In this document: positions 36,849 through 46,300 of the stretch, piece after piece
How the letters are laid out: each line of letters begins with the position of its first letter
How positions within the stretch are numbered: position 1 is the first letter of the stretch
IMG/VR virus record: IMGVR_UViG_3300032087_000618
Location: 1-54,067 of that record
Origin: a virus
Lineage: Duplodnaviria; Caudoviricetes
Direction: 5' to 3' (one strand)
Length of the DNA: 54,067 nucleotides
The notes under the pieces: model-generated
What the model saw: the letters and a program-made list of their open reading frames with translations, nothing else
What the model was told of the DNA's origin: nothing
Database searches by the model: none
Program-made: the position numbers and the translations under genes

Positions 36849-38630
36849 ATGGCAACTTCCCCGAGAACACCTAGGAACTTTTTTCCTGCAGACTTAACAC
36901 CTCTGTTATTGTCTGGGTGGCAAACAAATAAATTTGATAAAAGCATTCCTTTCTGGGCTGAAGTTGATGGGTTACAGTTTACAGATACGTCTATTAGGCG
37001 TAAGCCCGGTAAATCTTTAATAGGTAACTTTAGCTCACAACCTATACGTGGGATGATAGCTATTAATGAATATGACACTAAGGTTCTTTACCTAGGTGAT
37101 CTTAATAAAATTTATAGATGGAAACTAGATGAGCCCCTTGTTTTAAATACAGAAGTGGGTACAGGTTATAGCTTAGTAGAAACCGCAGGTGCTAGTGTTT
37201 GGGATATAGCAGATGGAGGCTCTACTTGGGTTGAAGACAATGGAGCTGTTTCTGTCTGGGATGAAGGCATTGTTGTTGCTACTGCATGGTCATTTACTAA
37301 CTTTGGTACTTGGGTATTAGCAGCAGATAACGTTGGCCCTATCAAGATTAAAAAGAATAATGAAACATTTGCTGAACTAAGTGCTGGTAAAGTATCAGGT
37401 GCTAGTATTTCTTTAGGTGGAAATAATCATGCTGTAGGGGATAATATAACCTTTTCTGGAGGATCTGGTAGTAGTTTTGCTGGAACTGTAACAGCAGTTA
37501 GTGCAGGGTCTGTAACAAGATTCAAGGTAACTAACTACGGATCTGGCTATGCTAATGGCAACACTATAAGCCAAGCGTCTACTTCAGGTTCTGGGACAGG
37601 TTTACAGTTATCACTAACAGTGTCTGATTGCCCTTTTACTAGAGTATCAGCTTTAGATAAATCTGGACCTCATATCTTAGCTATTAACTATGATAAAGAT
37701 AATTCAGAACATCCTTATGATGTTGCGTGGTGTGATACAGACAACCCAGATACATGGGTAGCTGCAGCGAATAATGCTGCGGGTAGTCTTACGCTACGAG
37801 AAGCATCATCACCTTTAAAAGCTATAGTACCCCTAGGGGATGCTAAGGCTATTTACACAGAAGATCAGATGTTTATCTTGCAGTACACTGGTGCCCCATA
37901 TTACTTTGGGTACTCTACTGCTTTTGCTTCTGGTGCTGGTGCAGTATCTTCTAAGTCTGTAGTAGCTGTAGATTCAACTAACTATGGCCTTTCAAAGAGA
38001 GGGTTATTTGTTACTGATGGTAACTCTGTTCAAGCTATAGGAGATGTAGAAGGTATTAACAAATACATTCGAGATAATATTGCAGAATCAGAATATCCTC
38101 AGGTAGTCGCTTATCATAACAAAGTAAACAATGAGGTTATTTGGTCCTTGCCTATTATGGATACTAAGCCTAACACTCAGATTACTTATAACTATTCTAA
38201 CAAAACATTTAGTATAGAATCAGTAGGTTCTAGCGCAACTCAAATATCTGGCGTATTTAACCATGATATTACATCTGATCCTACAGGTAATGTATATTTT
38301 GAAGATGGGTCTACTTCTAGTCATTCTACTTATGGTATTACAAAAGCCCACGATCTTGATGACCCTTACTCTATTAAAGAAATAACAAGTATAAGGGTTG
38401 GTAAGATAGGTGCTGGTACTCCATTAGTTGAAATAGGATTTGCTGAGAACATTAACGATGAGCCTACCTTTAACCCTGAACATAGTTTTTATGTAAACGG
38501 GTCTTATGCTGATTATAAAGTTAGGGTCTCTGGTAGATACCTATTCCTAAAGATATCTTCAAACAATAATGCAGATACTTGGGAAATAACTAATATGGAA
38601 ATTAAAGGTAGAGTAAGAGGGTTTAGATAA
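36849..38630 (+). CDS. tail hub / DNA stabilisation protein (P22 gp10 / tubular B-like)
   Basis: Beta-propeller-like composition, AWCDTDNPDTW, RVSGRY C-terminus, position. Confidence 0.7.
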   Translation: MATSPRTPRNFFPADLTPLLLSGWQTNKFDKSIPFWAEVDGLQFTDTSIRRKPGKSLIGNFSSQPIRGMIAINEYDTKVLYLGDLNKIYRWKLDEPLVLNTEVGTGYSLVETAGASVWDIADGGSTWVEDNGAVSVWDEGIVVATAWSFTNFGTWVLAADNVGPIKIKKNNETFAELSAGKVSGASISLGGNNHAVGDNITFSGGSGSSFAGTVTAVSAGSVTRFKVTNYGSGYANGNTISQASTSGSGTGLQLSLTVSDCPFTRVSALDKSGPHILAINYDKDNSEHPYDVAWCDTDNPDTWVAAANNAAGSLTLREASSPLKAIVPLGDAKAIYTEDQMFILQYTGAPYYFGYSTAFASGAGAVSSKSVVAVDSTNYGLSKRGLFVTDGNSVQAIGDVEGINKYIRDNIAESEYPQVVAYHNKVNNEVIWSLPIMDTKPNTQITYNYSNKTFSIESVGSSATQISGVFNHDITSDPTGNVYFEDGSTSSHSTYGITKAHDLDDPYSIKEITSIRVGKIGAGTPLVEIGFAENINDEPTFNPEHSFYVNGSYADYKVRVSGRYLFLKISSNNNADTWEITNMEIKGRVRGFR

Positions 38631-38860
38631 TGCTTCCTGTAAACTATGACGCTAGGTCAGTTCAACAAGAAATTAATAAAACTAATGAGAGTGTAAGAAC
38701 TCTCTCTCAATTTATACCTATGATCCCCCTGAGCTACCCGCCAGTTGATGCCTTAACAGGGTACCTTGCTATGAGCGATGGAACTGGTGGGGGCTTTAAC
38801 GGGTCTAGTGGTGCTGGCTTGTACAGGTACACTGGGTCTACTTGGGCATTCGTAGGTTAA
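38630..38860 (+). CDS. small tail protein
   Basis: TAATG coupling; GLYRYTGSTW. Confidence 0.6.
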   Translation: MLPVNYDARSVQQEINKTNESVRTLSQFIPMIPLSYPPVDALTGYLAMSDGTGGGFNGSSGAGLYRYTGSTWAFVG

Positions 38861-38872
38861 CCGGAGGACTAT

Positions 38873-39325
38873 ATGCTTTGCATGTGGACAAAAGAACATT
38901 TTAAAGATTTACCCGTTGCTTGTTTAGAGCACATAGAGTCTGCCCTAGAGTATGGGCAGGGTGAACGTAAACTAAAACACATAGCTCAAGACCTTATAGA
39001 TGGCACTAAGCAGCTATGGGTAGGCACCCTTGATGACAAGTTTGTAGCTACAGTTATAACTCATGTCATTGACTACCCCAGTAAACGAACTTGTGAAGTA
39101 TGTTACTTGGGTGGTGAAACGGGGGAAGGTGTCCTCGATGCACTAGATCATGTTAAATTAATTGAAGATTGGGCGATCACTAACAACTGTGATGACATAC
39201 AAGTCTTCGGTAGGAGGGGTTGGTTAAGGCCTCTAAAAGAACACGGATTCTCTGAGAGATATACCATAGCTGGTAAATCCTTAAAGAACCCCTCAGATAA
39301 TAAAGGACTTTTAAATGAAACTTAA
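38873..39325 (+). CDS. GNAT-like virion assembly protein
   Basis: YLGG...WAITNNCDDIQVFGRRGWLR; position before the ejection genes. Confidence 0.55.
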   Translation: MLCMWTKEHFKDLPVACLEHIESALEYGQGERKLKHIAQDLIDGTKQLWVGTLDDKFVATVITHVIDYPSKRTCEVCYLGGETGEGVLDALDHVKLIEDWAITNNCDDIQVFGRRGWLRPLKEHGFSERYTIAGKSLKNPSDNKGLLNET

Positions 39326-40124
39326 AGGTAAAAGAACTACTTTTCAAAGTAGCTACGATTCAGAACTAGGTTGTTTTACAGATAGCTATATGCTTCAATG
39401 TAAAGGCGGTGGTGGTACAAGTACTACAACTGTTGAGCCTTCCCCAGAGCAAAGGGCTATACTAAACCAACAGTTAGGTTATGCTAGAGATATGGAAGCA
39501 TTAGGCCCTATGGAGTTCTATGGGGGCGACACAACAGCAGGTATGTCTTCTGACACTGAAGCAGGTCTTGCGGCCCAGCTAGATGCTGCAGGAAGCACAG
39601 GAGCACTTAGCGATACTGCTATGGCTAGGTTCCAAGATGCTATGGCTTATGATCCCTTAAAGGATCCCGGAACGCAAGATTATTTAGATGCTATTACTAA
39701 ACCACTAGTATCTAACTATGAGACAACTATTGCCCCTAAGTTAACTACTGCCGCTGTACAAGGTGGAGCATTTGGTGGCGATAGAGCTGCTATCCAACAA
39801 GAGCGTGCTATTTCTAATTTAACAGGTCAAGTAACAGATGCAAGGACTAAAGCTCTCCAAGGTATTGTAGACTCTAATAGACGACAACAGCTTGGTATGA
39901 TGCAACAGTTACCTCAACTACAAGATTCAGCTTTGCTTCAGTCTCAAATTATTCAAGACGTTGGTGCTGCTAAGGAAGGTTACACTCAAGCTGAAATTGA
40001 TGCAGCAAGAGAAAGATTTGAGTTTGGACAGACTGCACCTCGTCAAAACATACGAGATGCTGCGGCTATGCTTAGCGGTCTTGATTTTGGCAGTATTCAA
40101 ACAACAAAGGGAGGAGGTAAGTAA
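39315..40124 (+). CDS. DNA ejection/pilot protein
   Basis: Leader then KGGGGTSTTT, GAFGGDR; Q/A-rich helices. Confidence 0.65.
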   Translation: MKLKGKRTTFQSSYDSELGCFTDSYMLQCKGGGGTSTTTVEPSPEQRAILNQQLGYARDMEALGPMEFYGGDTTAGMSSDTEAGLAAQLDAAGSTGALSDTAMARFQDAMAYDPLKDPGTQDYLDAITKPLVSNYETTIAPKLTTAAVQGGAFGGDRAAIQQERAISNLTGQVTDARTKALQGIVDSNRRQQLGMMQQLPQLQDSALLQSQIIQDVGAAKEGYTQAEIDAARERFEFGQTAPRQNIRDAAAMLSGLDFGSIQTTKGGGK

Positions 40125-40705
40125 TGTTACCATTGTTAGCAATGTCATTAGGTGGAGCAGCATTAGGTGCTTTAGCTAATCCAAAAGACAGAAAGAAAGG
40201 TGCTCTTATGGGTCTTGGATTAGGTTTACTAGGCCCAGCTATGGGTGCAGCAGGTATTGGTTCTGGAGGTGTATTAGGTACTTCTCTTGGAGCTGGCGGG
40301 ACTGCTGCTACTACAGGAGCTGCTACTACAGGAGCTGCTGCCACTGTACCCGGAGCTGTAGCCAGTGCAGCCCCTGTTGTTGAATTAGGGATGTCTACTT
40401 CTGCTATAAACGCTAACGCTGCTAAACTAGCTGCTGAGCAAGCGGCTAAAAAGGCAGCAGGTGATATAGCAGGTAGCACTTTAGGTAGCCAGTTGGCTTC
40501 TGGTGCTGGTAAAGCTGCTGTTGCTTCTGCGCCTGTAGCTTTAGATATCTTAACTAGAGAACAACCTCGGAGTACAACTCAGACCCGTAGCATGTCAATA
40601 GATAATCAAGCTGTTGGGGCTCCAGTTGATCTTTATCAACAAGCAGCTCTTAATAGACAACAAAGAATGAAACGAGGCTTACCCGGACGGAGACTACGGG
40701 GATAA
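40124..40705 (+). CDS. Gly/Ala-rich ejection protein
   Basis: Hydrophobic G/A-rich N-terminus; TAATG coupling. Confidence 0.6.
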   Translation: MLPLLAMSLGGAALGALANPKDRKKGALMGLGLGLLGPAMGAAGIGSGGVLGTSLGAGGTAATTGAATTGAAATVPGAVASAAPVVELGMSTSAINANAAKLAAEQAAKKAAGDIAGSTLGSQLASGAGKAAVASAPVALDILTREQPRSTTQTRSMSIDNQAVGAPVDLYQQAALNRQQRMKRGLPGRRLRG

Positions 40706-40717
40706 AGGAGAACAGTA

Positions 40718-43345
40718 ATGGCTAACGATTTAAAAACAATGTCTGACTTGTTCATGGGTTTAATGCACGACATTGATGACGATGAAGACAAAAAGAAAGG
40801 TCTTATACCCGGAACTAACATTCCGTTGCCAGACCCTAACAGCGTAGTCCCACCTGTTCTAGATCAGTTCCAAACACCTCCACCTAAAGCACCCTACCAG
40901 GATGCAGGGGAGTACATGCGGAATTATTTTGCTAGCAATCAAGAAGCTTTAGCTAACAGGGAGCCTATACCCAGAAAAGATATGTTAAGGGCTGATGGTA
41001 CCACTAAATCTGCTCAAGGATTCTTAGGTCCATTCCCAGACCAGTATGGCAAGATGATGACAGAGCAAACCATTGGAGTTGAAATAGACGGTAAGGAAGT
41101 ACAAATGCCAGCTATAGTTCCAACTACTACTCCAGATGAAATAGAGCTACTGGCTTCTGGTAATGTTAACTGGCAAAGCCCACGGGGTCAATTGATCCAA
41201 GATAAAGCCGTAGCTAACTACAGAGATCGAGTTAGTAGAGGCTTAAGCCCTTACTATCAGGATGGTGAAGGTGATGTACCTTCAGTACAAGAAGTGCCTA
41301 AACCAGCTGAAGTAGGTGGACCAGCTTATAGCTATGGTAACTTAGGTGTTAAGCCAGTTAGTACTGTGCTAGACTTAAATGATCCTAATCTGTATGATCC
41401 TTCTACAGGTAATTTAAAACCTGAGTATCAAAAACAAGCTGAAGCTCAATTTGACCCAAATAACTTAGTAGAAGTAGGTGGACCAGCTTATAGCTATGGT
41501 AACTTAGGTGTTAAACCTCAACGTGAGGTCCCTGAATTACCATTTAGTTATAACGTAGAAGATATTCTAAACAAAACCGCTTCAGATTACATACCTAAAC
41601 CTGAACCTACTTTTGGTCAACAAACTGATTTACCTACTTGGCTTACTAGTCCAATTGATGCTATGCGTGCAAGTCTAATGCCGGCAGCTATGGCTAATGA
41701 TCAAGCTAGGATTGACTTTTTAAAAGAACAAGTAGCTAAGGGTAACATGGATCCTGCGGCTCTTAAAGAGGTTGAACGTTTAGAGGAACGAATTAAAAAT
41801 AGTCAAAAGACAATTGATACCTACGAAGCAGAAAAACTTGCAGATAAAACGTACAAGGTTCAAAGGTTACTTGATGCAGGTCTTGTTGTTGAAGCTAGAA
41901 AGTTAGCTGACGAGTTAGGTGTAGACTTTAATACAATTGATAGCGGTACGAAATTAACTATCCCTGATAGCCCTATGATTGGATTAGGTGGTGTACCTAA
42001 GCCTGAGCCTGAACCTGAGGTAAGACCTCCATTAAGGGTTGTAACCACAGAAGAAACAGAAGCTTCAGGTGAACTTATTGGTAGCGACACTTCTAAGCAA
42101 GTTGATGAAAGCCTCAAGGTCTCAGGTGTACAACCTGGGGGTAAGGTTGTTACAACAACTAATACAGAAACAGAGGAAGAGGAAGTAGTAGTCGTTGACG
42201 AAAACGGTGATGAAAAACCCGGATTCCTTAAAAGCCTATGGAACGGCATTAAAGACATTGCTAAAGAAGGGTTTGAAGATCCGTCTTTACGTAGAGCTTT
42301 ATTTGCTTACACTGCCTCAAGAGTCTTAGGCTATGATGGAGTAACCCTAGCTTCTGCTGTTCTTGAGAATGAATGGCAAAAGCAAGCTGCTCAGGCTAAA
42401 GCTGATCGTGAATTAGAAAAACTTTATGGTGAAAAGCAAGCCAAACTAATTCTAGATAAAAGGGTAGACCCTACTAAAGTGTTTACTGTGTATGATAGTC
42501 AAACTAAAACTAACCTTACAGGCTCAACTAGTAAAGATGGTACATTGTTTTACCCAGATAATCCATCAGTCTTTGGGATCGAAGCAGGGTCACCTGTTGA
42601 CTTATCTAAGCTAAGAACTTTTGATGATGGTAGGTTTGAACCTCAAGCTGGTAAAACTATGGCTGAACTCCAAGGTGAGTACCTCGAGTTTGCAGGAAAC
42701 AAAGCTAAGGCTATTATAGCTCAAATAAAACAACGTAACTCCTCTATGGAGTCTACGCAGTTGGATGATTTAGTTTCACAGATGCAAGCTGCAACTAATG
42801 AAAATATTTTATCAGAACCTTTGATGGCGTTCTTATCAACCTTACCAGCAGGTGTAGATCCTAATGATAAGTTTGTTAGGGAAGCAGCTGTTAATGGTAT
42901 CAGAGAGTGGCTTAAATCCTTTGAAAGTGGTCAGACTGTCGATAGTAAAGACTTAGTTGGATTCCTTGATGCTCAACGTATGAAGCTTGATTTAACATCA
43001 AACGGAATACCTCAGGATTACTTTAAGATACCTGCAGATGAAAAGGGAGAAGCGCAAGTTGGTAACAATGCTATTTCTGTAATAATGAATGGTATTGAAA
43101 ACAGCCCTTATGCTAAAGACTTAGGATTAAGTACCCCAATTATTTTATCTAAGATGGCTGACATCTATGGCAAGAAAGTCATTAATGAAAAAGGCTTCCA
43201 AGGCAGAATGAATGGTTACTCTAAAGATTCATTTAGCGAAGGTGATAAGTCTAAGTTTGTATCTCCGTTCTTTGCTTTTGTTCAAAAATCATTTGCTTCA
43301 GACAATGAAGACATAGCAGAGTTAATGGCTGAACTTAAAAAATAA
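40718..43345 (+). CDS. internal virion/ejection protein
   Basis: Size and position; Pro-rich linkers. Confidence 0.65.
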   Translation: MANDLKTMSDLFMGLMHDIDDDEDKKKGLIPGTNIPLPDPNSVVPPVLDQFQTPPPKAPYQDAGEYMRNYFASNQEALANREPIPRKDMLRADGTTKSAQGFLGPFPDQYGKMMTEQTIGVEIDGKEVQMPAIVPTTTPDEIELLASGNVNWQSPRGQLIQDKAVANYRDRVSRGLSPYYQDGEGDVPSVQEVPKPAEVGGPAYSYGNLGVKPVSTVLDLNDPNLYDPSTGNLKPEYQKQAEAQFDPNNLVEVGGPAYSYGNLGVKPQREVPELPFSYNVEDILNKTASDYIPKPEPTFGQQTDLPTWLTSPIDAMRASLMPAAMANDQARIDFLKEQVAKGNMDPAALKEVERLEERIKNSQKTIDTYEAEKLADKTYKVQRLLDAGLVVEARKLADELGVDFNTIDSGTKLTIPDSPMIGLGGVPKPEPEPEVRPPLRVVTTEETEASGELIGSDTSKQVDESLKVSGVQPGGKVVTTTNTETEEEEVVVVDENGDEKPGFLKSLWNGIKDIAKEGFEDPSLRRALFAYTASRVLGYDGVTLASAVLENEWQKQAAQAKADRELEKLYGEKQAKLILDKRVDPTKVFTVYDSQTKTNLTGSTSKDGTLFYPDNPSVFGIEAGSPVDLSKLRTFDDGRFEPQAGKTMAELQGEYLEFAGNKAKAIIAQIKQRNSSMESTQLDDLVSQMQAATNENILSEPLMAFLSTLPAGVDPNDKFVREAAVNGIREWLKSFESGQTVDSKDLVGFLDAQRMKLDLTSNGIPQDYFKIPADEKGEAQVGNNAISVIMNGIENSPYAKDLGLSTPIILSKMADIYGKKVINEKGFQGRMNGYSKDSFSEGDKSKFVSPFFAFVQKSFASDNEDIAELMAELKK
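41309..41514 (+). repeat. perfect 44-bp direct repeat (41309-41352, 41471-41514)
   Basis: GAAGTAGGTGGACCAGCTTATAGCTATGGTAACTTAGGTGTTAA twice, in frame (EVGGPAYSYGNLGVK). Confidence 0.95.
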
Positions 43346-43371
43346 ATATGTTAATAGGAGAGTAGTCGGTT

Positions 43372-46300
43372 ATGAGCTACATTATAAATCAAAACCAAGA
43401 AGAAGAAGAGTTGGAGCCTATAGAAGGATCTCAAGCCGACTTAACCCCAGAGGCCCCATCGGAAGAAAAGAAAGTCTACCACGGGGCTCAGGCTGTAGAG
43501 CAGGTCTCTCAAAACATTGGAAGACCTTTGACTTATGCTGAGCAAAGAGTTGTAGAAGAGGAGGGGTACGTTGCTACTCCATACTTGGACACTAAAGGTA
43601 TTCTAACTCAAGGGGTAGGTCAGACTGGTGAGTGGATTGAAAAAGGCTTTGAGGCTGCTTTCCAGCATCATGTTGAAAGAACTGAACGTAGAATACCTAA
43701 CCTTAAAGAGTTGCCTGATACATTGCAAGCTGAGTTAATTCAAGCAGAATACAGGGGAGACTTAGGTCAATCCCCTACATTCTTAAAATTGTTTAACCAA
43801 GGTTTTTATCACACAGCTGCCGAAGAGTTCTTAGACCACAAGGAGTACAGAGAGTCTAAAGAAAAGGGCAGTGGTGTGCATAAGCGCATGAAAAGGGTAT
43901 CAGATGCGGTAGCTATGTTTGCTTCTGGAGAAACAGTAAAGGGTGAAGCAGTACCTGAGGCTGCTCGCTTTGAAACCGATTACAATATCGGAACCTCAGG
44001 CTTTGTTACAGTAGATGGAGATACATTTAAAAACAAAGAAACTGGAGTAAAGATCCGTTTAGGTGGAATTGATCTAGCTGAGACTAATAAAGTTGTTGCT
44101 GACAAAGGTTTTATTCGAGGAGAGGGTGGGGGTGACGTAACTAAAGTTATAGTCTCTGCTCTTTTTAATAAATATGGCTTTACAAACCCAGTAATAACTG
44201 ATGAAAAAGATAGCTATGGTAGAAATATTGGTGATATGGTAGATGATCAGGGTAATTCTGGTACGGATTTCCTTATTGCTTCCGGCATTGCTACTCCAAC
44301 GTTTATTGGTAATACAAAAGAAACTATGTCTGACGAGGAATACTCTCGTTATGTCTATAATATGGGACAAAGGGCTATCAGAGACCCTAAAAAACCTAAG
44401 ACTGACATAGAATTAGCTGCTGAACTGATAAGAACTGCAGAATATGCACCCACTAACGGGCAATTTGTAGCAAAACAGCTAGCTTTTAACGAAGCAGAGT
44501 TTGCTTTGATGCCTGAGTTGTTCTCAGGTGTGGTATTACGTAACAAAAATGCTACATTTGATAACAGATCTAAGACACCTTACTCTCAATCCTTTGATAA
44601 TGCTTTAGAAATGGTTAGAAACTCTTTCTTCCAGATAGCTTCTATGGGATTAGACGTAGCTGGCTTTGATGAAGCTGAAGCTTACATGCAAGGTCGGGTT
44701 GATTATAGTAAAAGCAGACTGAAAGACATGCCTAAGGTACGTTTAGACTATAAAGATGTAGATTGGACTAACTTAGACCAAATAGGGGAGTACTTAGGTG
44801 CTAACCTTGCAATGTCCTTACCCTTTATGGGTGTAACTGCAGCTTCACTGTTGCTAGCAGGCCCAACCGGAGGTGCTAGTTTATCTGCACCTGTTATGAT
44901 GTACACTGGTCTTATTATTGACGAAATGCCGGGAGAGCTTGAAGATAAAAGCTATACTTCTGCTGTCGTAGGTGGGTCAATAGCTGCTGCTTTAGATGTC
45001 TTTGGTCTTAGAGGAGCTTTAGGTCTTCTTAAACCTTCTCAGTTTATGACTGGAGAAGCTAAAGAGGCTGCTATCGAGGCTGTTCAAAATGCTAAAGGTG
45101 AATCACTACAACGTATCATATCTGTACTAGGTAAGGAAGCAGGTGATTCAGCTACTACAGGCGTACTAACTAGAGAACAAGCTGAGCTTGCCCTTGCAAG
45201 AAGCAGTAAGCGTCAGATTGCAGCATTGTCTGCAGGTGTTAAGGAAAAAGTAGACCAACAACTACGTAAAAGCGTATTGTTAAAACAGTTTACTAAGGAC
45301 CTTACAGCTGGTGCAGCTTTTGAGGGCAGTACGGAAATGCTTCAAGAGCTTACCCAGTATACTGCAGTAGTTATAGGATCAGATGAAGTATGGAACTTCG
45401 ATAAACTCCAAGACAGACTGGCTAATGCTTTAGTTGCTGGTGGGCTTATGGGTGCTGGTTTTGCTGCACCCGGATCTGTTTGGGAAGCTGGTGCATGGAA
45501 AGATGCTAGCGTAGCTATGGCCGAGTATGATAAAAGATACGATGAGGCTGCTACAACTTGGAAAGAAGAAGAAGTTGAACAGTTTGGTAAGGTAAGAGAC
45601 CTTGATGAAGCACTTGATGCTGAGTGGGATGAAGTTTCACAGAGAGAAGGTAAGCCCCTAGTAAAGAAAGGTGCTAAGCTTCCTGAAAACTTCGATCAAT
45701 TGTCCTTAGAAGAGCAGGCTGATATCCTTATGGGATCTGGTGGTCCTGTGATTAGGCTTGAAGAGTATGCTGATAAAGGTGAAGAACGTAGGAGTGCAAC
45801 ACCTAGGTCTGATAAACTAGTTGATATGTTTAAAGACCCTGTAGCTGCCCTACGTACTGCATTAGATACTCGGATGACTGTTGACTTACTTAATCAAAGT
45901 CCTTCTGCTAGGTTGATTTATTCCATGTTAGGTGGAAGAAAGAACCAAGTGCAAGCTGGATTAGACTTTACTTCAGATAAGGTTGCAAGTTACACAGGCT
46001 TTGAAGGTATGCTTCGTGGTGGTACTATACAAAACATACTTAATACTTTCCAGACAGAAGGTAAAAGGTATGGTAGGCAACGTACAGAAGTGTCTGCACT
46101 TATCTACGATTTCTATGGTACAGTTATCAGGCCTATTACTCAGCCTAAAGGTAAGAAAAGTAGCAACAAAGAGCGTCTAACAGGACCTGAAGTTATTGCA
46201 GCTATTGATTGGGATAATTTACCAACTAGGTTTCAAAAGAACTCTCAGGCTCTAAAGGATATTGTAACAGACTTGTATGCTGTCGATAATGCTATGTGGA

